Counted from the first letter of the stretch, positions 25,578 through 38,310 are shown. The stretch is DNA of 59,919 bases from Nemertoderma westbladi (GCA_032718475.1 JAUCBJ010007328.1:1-59919), one strand, 5' to 3'. The notes: generated by a model from the sequence alone, not told the origin. Numbers and translations are program-made.

Positions 25578-27090
25578 CGCCGAAGCTTGAGTGTAGCTGC
25601 CACCGGGGGGAGGGGGGTGTGTGGAGACACCATAGAAGCCGAAGCTTGAGTGTAGCTGCCACCGGGGGGAGGGGGGATGTGTGGAGACACCATAGAAGCC
25701 GAAACTTGAGTGTAGCTGCCACCGGGGGGAGGGGGGATGTGTGGAGACACCATAGAAGCCGAAACTTGAGTGTAGCTGCCACGAGGGGGAGGGGGGGTGT
25801 GTGGAGACACCATAGAAGCCGAAGCTTGAGTGTTGCTACCACCGGGGGGAGGGGGTGTGTGGAGACACCATAGAAGCCGAAGCTTGAGTGTAGCTACCAC
25901 CGGGGGGAGGGGGGTGTGTGGAGACACCATAGAAGCCGAAACTTGAGTGTAGCTGCCACCGGGGGGAGGGGGGTGTGTGGAGACACCATAGAAGCCGAAG
26001 CTTGAGTGTAGCTGCCACGAGGGGGAGGGGGGTGTGTGGAGACACCATAGAAGCCGAAACTTGAGTGTAGCTGCCACCGGGGGGAGGGGGGTGTGTGGAG
26101 ACACCATAGAAGCCGAAACTTGAGTGTAGCTGCCACCGGGGGGAGGGGGGTGTGTGGAGACACCATAGAAGCCGAAGCTTGAGTGTAGCTGCCACCGGGG
26201 GGAGGGGGGTGTGTGGAGACACCATAGAAGCCGAAGCTTGAGTGTAGCTGCCACGAGGGGGAGGGGGGTGTGTGGAGACACCATAGAAGCCGAAGCTTGA
26301 GTGTAGCTGCCACGAGGGGGAGGGGGGTGTGTGGAGACACCATAGAAGCCGAAACTTGAGTGTAGCTGCCACGAGGGGGAGGGGGTGTGTGGAGACACCA
26401 TAGAAGCCGAAGCTTGAGTGTTGCTACCACCGGGGGGAGGGGGTGTGTGGAGACACCATAGAAGCCGAAGCTTGAGTGTAGCTACCACCGGGGGGAGGGG
26501 GGTGTGTGGAGACACCATAGAAGCCGAAGCTTGAGTGTAGCTGCCACGAGGGGGAGGGGGGTGTGTGGAGACACCATAGAAGCCGAAGCTTGAGTGTAGC
26601 TGCCACGAGGGGGAGGGGGGTGTGTGGAGACACCATAGAAGCCGAAACTTGAGTGTAGCTGCCACGAGGGGGAGGGGGTGTGTGGAGACACCATAGAAGC
26701 CGAAGCTTGAGTGTTGCTACCACCGGGGGGAGGGGGTGTGTGGAGACACCATAGAAGCCGAAGCTTGAGTGTAGCTACCACCGGGGGGAGGGGGGTGTGT
26801 GGAGACACCATAGAAGCCGAAGCTTGAGTGTAGCTGCCACCGGGGGGAGGGGGGTGTGTGGAGACACCATAGAAGCCGAAACTTGAGTGTAGCTGCCACC
26901 GGGGGGAGGGGGGTGTGTGGAGACACCATAGAAGCCGAAGCTTGAGTGTAGCTGCCACCGGGGGGAGGGGGGTGTGTGGAGACACCATAGAAGCCGAAGC
27001 TTGAGTGTAGCTGCCACGAGGGGGAGGGGGGTGTGTGGAGACACCATAGAAGCCGAAGCTTGAGTGTTGCTCCCGCCGGGGTGAGGGGGG
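25578..27090. repeat. G-rich 59-bp minisatellite (~25 copies)
   Basis: Unit gccgaagcttgagtgtagctgccaccggggggagggggtgtgtggagacaccatagaa. Confidence 0.97.
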
Positions 27091-27393
27091 AGTGTGAACT
27101 GATTAGATGATGTTAGTGGTGAAGTGATATTTAATGAGCAATCAGTTTTAGTATGATACAGGATTTTGATATTAGTTGGTTGTATTTAGATACTGATATA
27201 CTGCAGGTAATTACGACTAGAATATTTTTTTTTTTATTTATATATTTATTTTAATTATACCATTCTAAAGCAATCCCCTAGAGTGACAATTCTTTCATGT
27301 ATTAAAAAATAACAGATTGATTTATTATATTTATATTATTTGATATGTTCTTTTTATGTTTTTTTTTGAGTTCTTATTATCTATCCATTTTTA

Positions 27394-27865
27394 GGATAGT
27401 TCTTTTTACATAACACAAGCAAACAAACAAGAACCCCCCCCCCCCCCCACATTCCAAAAACTACAGTACCAAACACAGTCGAAAATAGAAAGAGCACAAA
27501 AAAATAACACCGGGCACCAACTTTTAGATAAAATTAGCAACGCGTTGCTTTTCTATAAGAAAATCCCAGAAATTATTTAATAAAATTGTCGCGAAATTAA
27601 ATATTCATTTCTTATCAGATCAGGTAGGCCTATCATTTGTTGTGTACTGAAGTACTGTATAACAAACTATGTACTGTATGTAGGGAAGCCTACCGGGTAC
27701 CGTACCTGTCACATATAGTAATAGCGGGTTAGCTAATAGGCCTGTTTGCCTGTGTACTGGAATAGCTTGGTCTGGGACTGATTGCTGAGGATATAAATTA
27801 GAAAGTTAGGCCCGTTACCGTAGGGATACGTACTGTACATGACGTACAGTACGGTACAACATAGG
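27394..27865 (-). mobile_element. Truncated copy of the MULE-type element at 51537-52436
   Basis: Starts GGATAGTTCTTTTT and matches the reverse complement of ~51970-52436. Confidence 0.75.
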
Positions 27866-27869
27866 ATTT

Positions 27870-29460
27870 CGTCAAAAGTATAAGGAATCACATTAGCTAA
27901 TTAAAATTCTCACTATTAAACTACTACTAAAACTACTACACTCACTACTAAAATCTCACTTTCATTTCCGCTGTCAGTTTTCACTTCTGACCTTATGCAG
28001 ACTGTCTGTCGGTCTGTCTGTCTATCAGTCTGTCCGTCGAAAATATAAGGAATCACATTAGCTAATTAAAATTCTCTCTATGGGGGTTTTCCTGGTCAAG
28101 GATTTCATTTCCGCTGTCAGTTTTCACTTTTGACCCTATCCAGACTGCCTGTCGGTCTGTCTGTCAGTCTGTCTGTCCGTCAAAAATATAAGGAATCACA
28201 TTAGCTAATTAAAATTCTCACTATGGGGGTTTTCCTGGTCAAGGATTTCATTTCCGCTGTCAGTTTTCACTTCTGACCTTATGCAGACTGTCTGTCGGTC
28301 TGTTGGTCTGTCTATCAGTCTGTCCGTCGAAAATATAAGGAATCACATTAGCTAAATAAATTCTCTCTATGGGGGTTTTCCTGGTCAAGGATTTCATTTC
28401 CGCTGTCAGTTTTCACTTTTGACTCTATCCAGACTGCCTGTCGGTCTGTCTGTCAGTCTGTCTGTCCGTCAAAAATATAAGGAATCACATTAGCTAATTA
28501 AAATTCTCACTATGGGGGTTTTCCTGGTCAAGGATTTCATTTCCGCTGTCAGTTTTCACTTCTGACCTGATGCAGACTGTCTGTCGGTCTGTTGGTCTGT
28601 CTGTCTGTCTATCAGTCTGTCCGTCGAAAATATAATGAATCACATTAGCTAATTAAAATTCTCTCTATGGGGGTTTTCCTGGTCAAGGATTTCATTTCCG
28701 CTGTCAGTTTTCACTTTTGACCCTATCCAGACTGCCTGTCGGTCTGTCTGTCAGTCTGTCTGTCCGTCAAAAATATAAGGAATCACATTAGCTAATTAAA
28801 ATTCTCACTATGGGGGTTTTCCTGGTCAAGGATTTCATTTCCGCTGTCAGTTTTCACTTCTGACCTTATGCAGACTGTCTGTCGGTCTGTCTGTCTGTCT
28901 ATCAGTCTGTCCGTCGAAAATATAAGGAATCACATTAGCTAATTAAAATTCTCTCTATGGGGGTTTTCCTGGTCAAGGATTTCATTTCCGCTGTCAGTTT
29001 TCACTTTTGACCCTATCCAGACTGCCTGTCGGTCTGTCTGTCAGTCTGTCTGTCCGTCAAAAATATAAGGAATCACATTAGCTAATTAAAATTCTCACTA
29101 TGGGGGTTTTCCTGGTCAAGGATTTCATTTCCGCTGTCAGTTTTCACTTCTGACCTTATGCAGACTGTCTGTCGGTCTGTTGGTCTGTCTATCAGTCTGT
29201 CCGTCGAAAATATAAGGAATCACATTAGCTAATTAAAATTCTCTCTATGGGGGTTTTCCTGGTCAAGGATTTCATTTCCGCTGTCAGTTTTCACTTTTGA
29301 CCCTATCCAGACTGCCTGTCGGTCTGTCTGTCCGTCAAAAATATAAGGAATCACATTAGCTAATTAAAATTCGCTCTATGGGGGTTTTCCTGGTCAAGGA
29401 TTTCATTTCCGCTGTCAGATTTCACTTTTGACCCTATCCAGACTGTCTGTCGGTCAGTCT
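27870..29460. repeat. ~143-bp satellite, ~11 monomers in alternating A/B pattern, with a (GTCT)n microsatellite
   Basis: Unit aaatataaggaatcacattagctaattaaaattctc...; diagnostic variants alternate between units. Confidence 0.95.
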
Positions 29461-29897
29461 GTTTAGGCTTTTTTGTTTAGGCTGTTTAGTCAGTTTAGGC
29501 CTATCTTACTGCAGTACTGCCTTATTCTGTTATTGCTAAAGTCTGGCAGTCTGTAAGCAGGTCTGCAGTAGGCCTACCGGTAGTTAAATTACAGTAGATA
29601 CAAGCTGAAAAGCGTCGCTAACATGTACTTAATAGTCCAGCAACATTTTCCCTTCTTAGAAATCAAATAAATGTCATGGAACAGACGTGTGTGTCATGGC
29701 GCAATACCCATGGAACAGACGTACAGTATGTGCCATGGTACCGAAAGGAAACAACACAAGATTGTAGCCGTTCTATCTTACTTGAAAGTTGAAAGCCTTT
29801 CTTAGTTTTTAAGAAGGAATTCTCGCGCTCTCGTCACCGTAGTTATCATATTAAACAGTTAAGGTAGTACGGGTTGACCTCGGGTGCCTAATGAAAT

Positions 29898-31617
29898 GAA
29901 TAACAATACTTATTGCGCGGTTATCAAGTTATTTTCCCGTATATTTTACCCGAGGGCAGGAATAACCCGAGGGCGTAGCCCGAGGGTTTCCTGCCCGAGG
30001 GTAAAATATTAGGGATAATAACTTGATAACCGGGCAATAAATGTGTTATTCCACATTATTAACATTTCTAAAAGGGTTTTTGTTTGGGGGCAAGTGAAGT
30101 AAATGGGGCTTGGTATTTTGGGGGGATTAAATATATATCAATATATATTAAATCATTAAAATGTATTTGTGCGTTCAGAATGATTAAATAATGCATAACT
30201 AAATACTGTATAAGTACAGTAGATATCGGAAAATTAAAATTTTTTAATTAATTTAATTTAATAATATTTAAAATTTTCCCTCATCGTCCGATATTTTCGA
30301 TAAATGTATCATTTAATTTTGGTGAAAAGAGTATGTTTTAATAAACTATAGGCGCGCCAGATCCATATTTACTGTAGAACACATCATGCAGAGCAGGTGC
30401 AGGTGCTACAGTGGTAGCCTAACTTTGGACCACTGATAGGCGTAATAGTTTTCTAAAACCTTTTGTAAACTGGATAAAAATAGTGAGTCAGTGCCCACCC
30501 TATCTAAATGGGACATTTGGAGCCTAGTCAGCCAGGATCTGAAATATTTCTTGAGCTTCCCGACACATTTACGAGTTATTATTTAAAAGTTTCATGATAA
30601 TAAAGACTAACATCGGTGTTTATTGTTCTTCGATAGGACGCAGTTTCACATAGATTTGAGCTTATTGAGGAGACATTCGAGAATATTCACTAACTCGCTA
30701 TGCTCGTTCTTGTGAATGCCTGTACTTGACCCCTGCGTGACAGAAACACTTTAGGGCCTACTTTATATCGAATACAGAAAAACTAATAATTTATTAAGAC
30801 TTCATATTGGTGCATGCGGAACCATTTATATCAAGGAAATTCATTGTGTAGTGGTTTAACAGTTTAATTATATCGGAGCCTTGAACTCGGGTCTCTGACT
30901 CCAGATGTTTGTGGGTTCGAGTCTAGGAAGATGGCCAGGGAAATTTTCATTCCGGATTCGCATAAATCTCCGTTAGGCCTATATATAAAAAAAGACTGAT
31001 TCCGTGTTACATTACCGTAATCATTAGCATACTGTAGTTACAAAACAACAGTTTTATTTAAAGCCAGCTTTATCATTATTCAAATAAAATCAATATTCAT
31101 TTCCTTAAGACTGCGTCCAACTTACATAATATACATAAAGATAGAAAAGAGCACGAAATATGTACTGTAGCCTACCTACTGTAGCCTGCTGTACAGACTT
31201 GTATCGCAACCAGTCCACATCTTCACAGCTTCGCAGCTTTATCCTCCAGGCAGTCGGACAGCAATTAAGTGATGAACAAATCGTACAGTACCACACACAG
31301 GTACCACCAGTATTAAGCCTCCTACCATGCCAAGCAGCTTGGTCTAGTCAGCCCACTGCCTGGCTACAGGCAGCGCGTACCGTACCGTTCTGGTACTTTC
31401 AATTTCAGATAATGCATAATGATACAAAAATGTGTTGTGGTACCGGTAGGTATGTTCTGACAATCTGATTTGCTAATAGAGCTAGGCCTAGGATAATAGG
31501 CAGTTGCATAGCAACGCGGGAATATCACTGATATTTTCCCGTGGGCAAAAAGTGATATTTTTTAGGTAGCCCACTATTATAAATGATATTTGACCCGCTT
31601 ATAAATGGGGAATAACA
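29898..31617 (+). mobile_element. Hairpin-headed non-coding element family B (relative of A)
   Basis: Hairpin at 29910-30040 centred on GGGCGTAGCCC; terminal direct repeat GAATAACA; head and tail similar to element A. Confidence 0.75.
30848..30975 (+). mobile_element. tRNA-derived SINE-like head
   Basis: GTAGTGGTT A-box-like and GGGTTCGAGTC B-box-like motifs; no intact cloverleaf. Confidence 0.35.
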
Positions 31618-31619
31618 AA

Positions 31620-33746
31620 AGTTGTTACACATTTATTAGCGGGATGATAACTATCCCTAATGCTGGGCTACGGCCAAAAAAGTTATTTTGCCCTAGGGCA
31701 AAATAACCATTTTATTCCCTCTTAGTAGTGAAGTGTTTATCGTGACACCACATACTGACATACAAACATAGGAACCGGTAATGCTGCTGTACTCGTCTTA
31801 GCAGGTCTGTTGTGTGTCACATCAGCTGTAAATCAGGTATTCAGACCACCAACTAGTTTTGTACTTCGTTTCATTATTATTGGGCGTTTTGTATTTCATG
31901 TTTCATTATTATTGGGCTGTGCTCCACTAGACAGCAAGGCCTATTTATGTCTCATTAATCACCTCATTTGTCATACTCATACTGACGGATTATATTGACG
32001 GCACTGATCTATGACTAAACTTTCAATTTCCACAGCAAATTAAGAGGTACCGGTACAGTAGGCCTACATAGTGTCACAGTCCAGAGTCGCACCGTACCAG
32101 GTCTGTAGCCTGCAGCCCTGCAGGTAGGTCTAGTTTGGCCTGTATTTATATAGGCTGCAAGGTACCGTACTACCTCGTACTGCAGTGGAGGCGTTTCTCC
32201 AGTTCCTTCCTCCTAAATGTTAAAAAAAGATATCTAAGAATGTCGTTTAAATACGTTCGCCTCTTTCTGCCTTTTCCTTTTTAATACAGACATTGAAACG
32301 TTTTAATATTAAAGTAAAGTGAAAAAAAGTATTAACCGGTCTTCTAAGCGGAAGGTCTGGTGTTCAAGCCCCAGAACAGCCAAATTTTTGCTAGCTTCCA
32401 GTTGTACTGTAGGCTAATGGCAACCTGTCATGAGTTAAGGAGTAAAGAATATGGTTAGATAACCAGAGTACTCGACCTTGGGAGTAGTGTGGTGCCTTCC
32501 CTGCGTTACAGATAATAGCCAAGATAATGGAGCCTTTGGGTTGTTGCCTCGGGTGTTTCTTCTTACACGTTTAAATATAACTTTACTTTACTTTTATGCA
32601 GTTCTTAGCCAACACTACATTTTCTAGACCATACAGTACTTTGATATAGTGGAGCGGAGATAGGTGTTGGTCGACTCAAAGTGACATCCTTCTTTTAAAA
32701 TGGCATAACAACCATTAGCTCAAATATAGCTCAAAATGTGGAGAAAAAGAAGTACCTACTTTTTTCCCTAGGGAATAATAGTTAATCATACAGTAGGCCT
32801 AGGATTGCATTGAACTTACTTTTCCCGGCGAAAGATGTAAATGTGAAAATATTTTTCGTGGAATTTCTTAAACTTTATTACATGTGTTGAAAGAGCATCG
32901 AAATAGAAAATGTTTTTAGCTTTAAGTAATATATATATATTAATATATATTAATATACATATAATATATATTCTTAATAAACTTCATATATTCCAGAACC
33001 ATTAAATTAATTAACATTTTCCTAAGTACTAAATAATTAATTATACTAATAAATGTATTTAATGTGAACGATATACACCCCCCTTCTGTGGGTAGTGGAT
33101 ACATGACATGTCCACCAAAAATACTATTCAATTAATTCAGCCAAATTAGTTATATATCCAATTTGAAGTTAATGCAATGTTACTCCTAGCGGCCAATGTA
33201 AGAAAATAGGAATTTTAGAATGTAAACCATGTAAATAAGTTTGACATCAATATTCACTAACAAATTCAGGTGCTTTTTTGATGAACGAATCTTACTGCGA
33301 TTGGATGAATTAAGCATAGAGCTATACAACACACATGACACAGTAGGCCTAATGTTTTACCTTTGGAGCTTGGGTGTTATTATTCCCTTGGGCAAAATAA
33401 CACCTATGCAATTAATGAATTAAAGTGAAACACACCGAAAATTTTCCAATGCCCTTGGGCAAAATCAATATAAACACCCCCAAAACTTTTCAAGCCCCAT
33501 TTTGTAAACTCTCCCACCAAACAATGCCCTTTTAGAATCTGTAAATAGTTGTTAAGGGATAAAAATAATCGAAATGCATACCACAGTACATGTGTAACAA
33601 CTTACTTATTCCCCAGAAGTTAGTTATTTTCCCAGTTATTTAACCCTTGGGCAGGAACACCCTCGGGCTTCGCCCTCGGGTTGTTTCCTGCCCGCGGGTT
33701 AAATTACTGGGAAAATAACTAACTTCTGGGGAATAAGCATAGTTAT
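31620..33746 (-). mobile_element. Hairpin-headed element family A, copy 2 (uninterrupted)
   Basis: Reverse-complement match to 17617-19661 plus 24427-24664. Confidence 0.88.
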
Positions 33747-34262
33747 TACAAGCTTTCTCCCAACAGGGCTTCTACAGGTCATTATAATGAAACTGCGTAT
33801 ACACAGAGAAACTGCACTGCAGTTTCACTGTTAATTAATCTTATATTATATTGTTATTATTATAAATTAATCTATTGTGGCATTAATCTTGTTAATAAAT
33901 TAAACTATATTAATTAAATTAAACCCATCCCGTAATGACCTCAGGAACCTCAATGTGATAAATTAATGGAAACAGCTTCTAGGCAACAAATGGCCAGACC
34001 ACAAGTATCACTTTGTTGCCCGCATGATATTGTTCCGCGAGAATGCCTCTGCCTCTGTAAACTTACCACTAGCTGTCAATCAGGAATACCTCGACGTTTA
34101 TTTTCTCAAAGAATTCAAAGTGTCGCAAATTACCTCAAAGCGATATTTCTCAAAGAATTCAATGTGCCTAAAAGCAGGAAATCACTTTGAGATTCCCAAC
34201 TAAAAGTGTCTACAAGAAGTCAAAGCGGCCGTTGGGAGTAATGTAGTGACTTTTAGACAATT

Positions 34263-34526
34263 TTAGAAAAACTTTGAGAAAATATGCACTTTGAGACGTA
34301 GAACATATAGGCTATGAGACTTCCAATTAAGTAAATTATCAAAAATAAGACCTAAATATGTAACTTCTTTCTTATATTCTAAGATGCAGTCCTTGATTTT
34401 TACACTTGGCAGAGATTCTAAATTACGGGAGTTATTTGAATACATACAGTAAACAATTTTACCGATATTAAGTGAATGAAAGGCGGTTAGAAGCATACCA
34501 CTCAGAGAGAGAGTCAAGGTCGGCAT
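34263..34526 (-). pseudogene. LINE (CR1/L2/Jockey-like) RT C-terminal fragment
   Basis: EVTYLGLIFDNLLNWKSH motif. Confidence 0.55.
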
Positions 34527-34559
34527 TAACGATTTTATTAGGTTTATGGCAAAGCCATG

Positions 34560-36290
34560 CGATTTAAATAAGAATACAAACTTACTACAAACAGACTACA
34601 GCAGCCAAGAATGCAGTTAAGGCTGCATCCAGGTTCCTGAACAGGCAGCACTCTGTTAATCTACAGGAGCTTATAAACCAACAGGTTGATGCCATCAATG
34701 ATGCTGACGACAGCAGGCAATCATCCAAGGCATGGAAATCGATAAACTTGCTTACTGGGCGGAAAAGCCAACCACCAAGCTTAAGGCAGAATCACCAGCC
34801 GATCGCCTCAATGGTTGGAAGGCCCACTTTGAAAAGCTCCTCAATAATCACAGGGTATTGCCCGATAACTTTATATAAGTAAGAGTCTGAGTCTGCACTC
34901 CCAGATATTCCCATTGTCGATATCTCCTTTGCAGAAGTGAAGGGTGCTGCAAAGAGCATTAAGACCAATCGTGCCAGTGGAGTAGATGGTGTACCCCGAG
35001 GTCTTTAAAATACAGTACCAGAGTGTTTAAAGCTCATCTATCCCATCATAGTAGACATGTAAAGAACAACAAGAGTCCCACAAGAAATGAAAACAAATAA
35101 GTTTTTACCAGTTCCCAAGAAGTGCAACCTAACACACTATGGTTCTTTTTCTCATTAATCTCAGGATAATTAAAGAGTTATCAAAAAAGAAAGACAGGCA
35201 TCTGGCTGTTATCATTGTTGACTTCTTCAAGGCCTTTGATTCAGTCTATCGCTCACTTATGTTCAGCATACTTTCATTATATGGGATTCCTGATGAAATT
35301 ATTGCAGCAATCAGATCAGTATACGATGGTTCGACAACATTTGTGTCTACTGTTGATGGTGACACAGAACCATTTGAAGTGTTATGGGGAGTCCTCCAGG
35401 GAGCCATACTTGCGCCATTCTTATTCATAATTGTGGTTGACAATGTTCTACGCATGTCCTTAGATCATCATAATGATGATGGGGTGATGGTAACTCCACC
35501 TACTGGCTACAGAAGTCAAGGAAATCCATCCATGTACCTAACTGATCTAGACTTTGCTGATGACTTAGGAGTACTATCAGAATCGCTAGAGGGAGCCCAA
35601 CGGCTCCTCAGCTCATTAGAACAGGCTGCTTCTAGTGTTGGTCTTTTTATTAACTCTAAAGAGACCAAAATTTTGACAGTTAACTTTGAAAGTCCTCAGC
35701 AAGTCTCTGACCGGATGCTTGAATGGTATGCTTGAGCACGTGACCGACTTCTGTTACCTGCCTGGGATCTGGAAGTCAGTCAGTTGAGGACCTTCAAATA
35801 CGTAAGGGAAAGGCATGGACAGCCTTGAATAGGCTTTCCAGGATTTGGAAGTCACATAGAATTCATCGGAAAGTTAAGGTCCGATTAAGAGCAGCAGTAG
35901 TTCCAGTCTATGGGAGACCATGCTGGGCTCTAACTGCTGAGGACACCAAATCTCTGGATGGCACATTTACAAGAATGCTACGCCGGGTTCATTGTGTCAA
36001 GTACAATGCACACATCTCCAACCAGACACTATACAACATTGGAGGTGTCTCATTGATACCTCCAAGGTTGACACTAGAACAAAGCCGCAGGACATTGCTT
36101 TTGCCGTGAGGACCAGCCATAGTGCATAATCTTGTGCTTTGGCAATGACCTCATGGAGTGAATAAGCATGGTGGACAGCCCGTGACTTTCTTGAGCATCT
36201 TAAAGGACACTGGCGTTGAAGATGCGGATGATCTAGCAAATGTCATGGGTGATAGGGAGTTGTGGCGGCGCAATTTTGTCTACAAGCCGG
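34560..36290 (+). mobile_element. 5'-truncated, degraded RTE-like non-LTR retrotransposon
   Basis: ORF 35139-35735: VDFFKAFDSV, GVLQGAILAPFLFIIVVD, DLDFADDL, GLFINSKETK. ORF 35825-36109: LSRIWKS..LDGTFTRMLRRV. Multiple frameshifts. Confidence 0.85.
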
Positions 36291-36930
36291 CACAGCATTC
36301 GTAAAAATGCAACTGCAATGCAGCATGCCCATCATAGAAATAGTAGTACATTACGCTCTTTCAAATGGTATATAGATATATTAACATATCTGGTTCTTTA
36401 ACATTATAAAATTATCAACATTTTTTATCTGGTTCGTTAACATAATAAAATCTAAATGCCTTTAACTTACGTATTGAGTATCTAAACTGAAAAATATATT
36501 TTAAGAGATAAATTATTGGAAATGATCGAGGAAGTCAAAAGTTACGGCGTGTCTAATGTTTTTGTTTGGTTTTGGCCACTTTTAGTGATTTTGACCCAAA
36601 TATATATTGAATAAACTAAATAACTTCGTCGTGACTTTCAAAATTTTTGTTTGTACCCGAGGGCACTCCATGGCTATAAGATCTGCGGCCCGCCGAAATT
36701 AAAATGTAATTGCAACCTATAACAGTTTAGATGATGTTTAAATAAATTATTATTTTAAATTATCTGTTGTTTTCCCAATGCCGCCGTATATTGCATTCGT
36801 GGGGATGAAAAGTAAAATATAAGAATTACGATTTGATTTTTCTACACACAAAAAAGAGGATTTTATTGAAGAAAATAAATTAGCTTGAAATTTACTGCAA
36901 TAAATTATTATTTACGTTAATAACGATTAG

Positions 36931-38310
36931 CTACAAAGTAAAATTCAAATAGCCCAAACACAAAGAGTGATCTCTTGTATCCCCCCATCCTCCGTTGGGC
37001 TGATGTGAAGAGAACGACAACCCGGGTTCCACGGGACTAAATAAAAGTCTAGAAGGAAATAAACTGGCTTTATATTTCTCAAAGAGGGCTAGCAACTCTG
37101 CGACCCTGTCTCTTGGTTTACAGCCGGTACCGCCTTTATGGTGCATCCCGCAGTCCCCTATATGAGCCACCCGGGAGGCCTGAATCACCACCGCCATGAA
37201 GGGGCGTCCAGGCCCAGCCAAAGAGCAATCGCGACTCATAGCAGCGAGGGTCCAATCCCAGTTGTAATCATCGTAAGTACAGAATTTATGGAAACACCGA
37301 GTTTTTGAGATCGAACGCCATGAGGCTCGACTCAGCATCATACCCATGTTGTGCTGGGTGCTAGACCATATTAGTACGCGTGCAGTGGAAGAGAGTTGGG
37401 AGGAAAAACCGGAAGAGGTGGAATAATCTCCCAACGAAAGGAAATCGCAGGAGGGGCACTCACGATTCCGTAACTCTTCCAGTTTAATCGCGATCGGGAT
37501 AAAATCCGGAAACATATAATGGTCCTCTTCGACTAATAACACCGGCCCAACGAACTCCTTTGTCGGTTCTAACGTCTCGAATACCCGAGATAACTTCCAC
37601 ATCCAGTGGTGTTTGACTGCTGTGTATGCGGCCTCCCTGTAGTGTCCGTAGGTGTCTGGGTGTTCCGCGTTTAGGCAGCCCAAGCGCTGGGCTTCCCGTC
37701 TGCTCGCGTCCCGCGGACAGTCTTTGGGGTCCGAGTCGGGAAACTCCCCCGGGAAGAGTTGCCGGGAAAACGGGTAGAATATTTGGAGCACGCGGCAGAA
37801 ATTAACGTTGGACACGAGTCGGAATATTTCACGGGAGTAAAAATCGTGACTAACGATTAATAAAACATCTTGTACATGTTGGGAAAGTCTCAAACTTTTC
37901 AGGAATAATTCCAGATACTCGTATCTGTCGTGGACTTGTACGACTACGACTAAACTTAATGGTCGATCTCTAAATAAATCCTGATTTAATATCCTTTGCT
38001 CGCTATTCATAGAGGAGACAATCACACGAAGCTTATGAGTGGTGTCATCCAATGTTTCATGACTTTGTTTTGCGGATTTCGTGTTTGTAGAAACATTAGT
38101 TTGTTTATGAGCATTAGGATTATGGTGTTCACCAGAAGTAAGTCGTTCCGCGTTTAACATAGGGTCTTTGAATATCGAACTCGAATTGAAACTGTATACT
38201 AATAGCACAATGGCTAGTATAATTCCTACCACACACAGCCGCCGAATTAGTTTATTTGATTTCCAACGGGGCATTGTTGTAGTCGGCGTGTCTTTCTTGA
38301 TAACGGGCAT
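36931..38310 (-). CDS. MGAT2: Alpha-1,6-mannosyl-glycoprotein 2-beta-N-acetylglucosaminyltransferase (GnT-II, GT16)
   Basis: Type II TM anchor; VVQVHDR, SHD, DPKDCPRD, YGHYRE, KHHW, EEDHY, HNMGM, FCTYDDYNWDW, HIGDCGMHH, NGGWGDTRDH. Confidence 0.96.
   Translation of the reverse strand: MPVIKKDTPTTTMPRWKSNKLIRRLCVVGIILAIVLLVYSFNSSSIFKDPMLNAERLTSGEHHNPNAHKQTNVSTNTKSAKQSHETLDDTTHKLRVIVSSMNSEQRILNQDLFRDRPLSLVVVVQVHDRYEYLELFLKSLRLSQHVQDVLLIVSHDFYSREIFRLVSNVNFCRVLQIFYPFSRQLFPGEFPDSDPKDCPRDASRREAQRLGCLNAEHPDTYGHYREAAYTAVKHHWMWKLSRVFETLEPTKEFVGPVLLVEEDHYMFPDFIPIAIKLEELRNRECPSCDFLSLGDYSTSSGFSSQLSSTARVLIWSSTQHNMGMMLSRASWRSISKTRCFHKFCTYDDYNWDWTLAAMSRDCSLAGPGRPFMAVVIQASRVAHIGDCGMHHKGGTGCKPRDRVAELLALFEKYKASLFPSRLLFSPVEPGLSFSSHQPNGGWGDTRDHSLCLGYLNFTL

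Noticed and set aside
25474-27047. Pro/His-rich ORFs up to 387 aa
   Set aside because: Translations of the 59-bp tandem array.
30848-30975. Functional tRNA gene
   Set aside because: Only box-like motifs; no cloverleaf could be folded.
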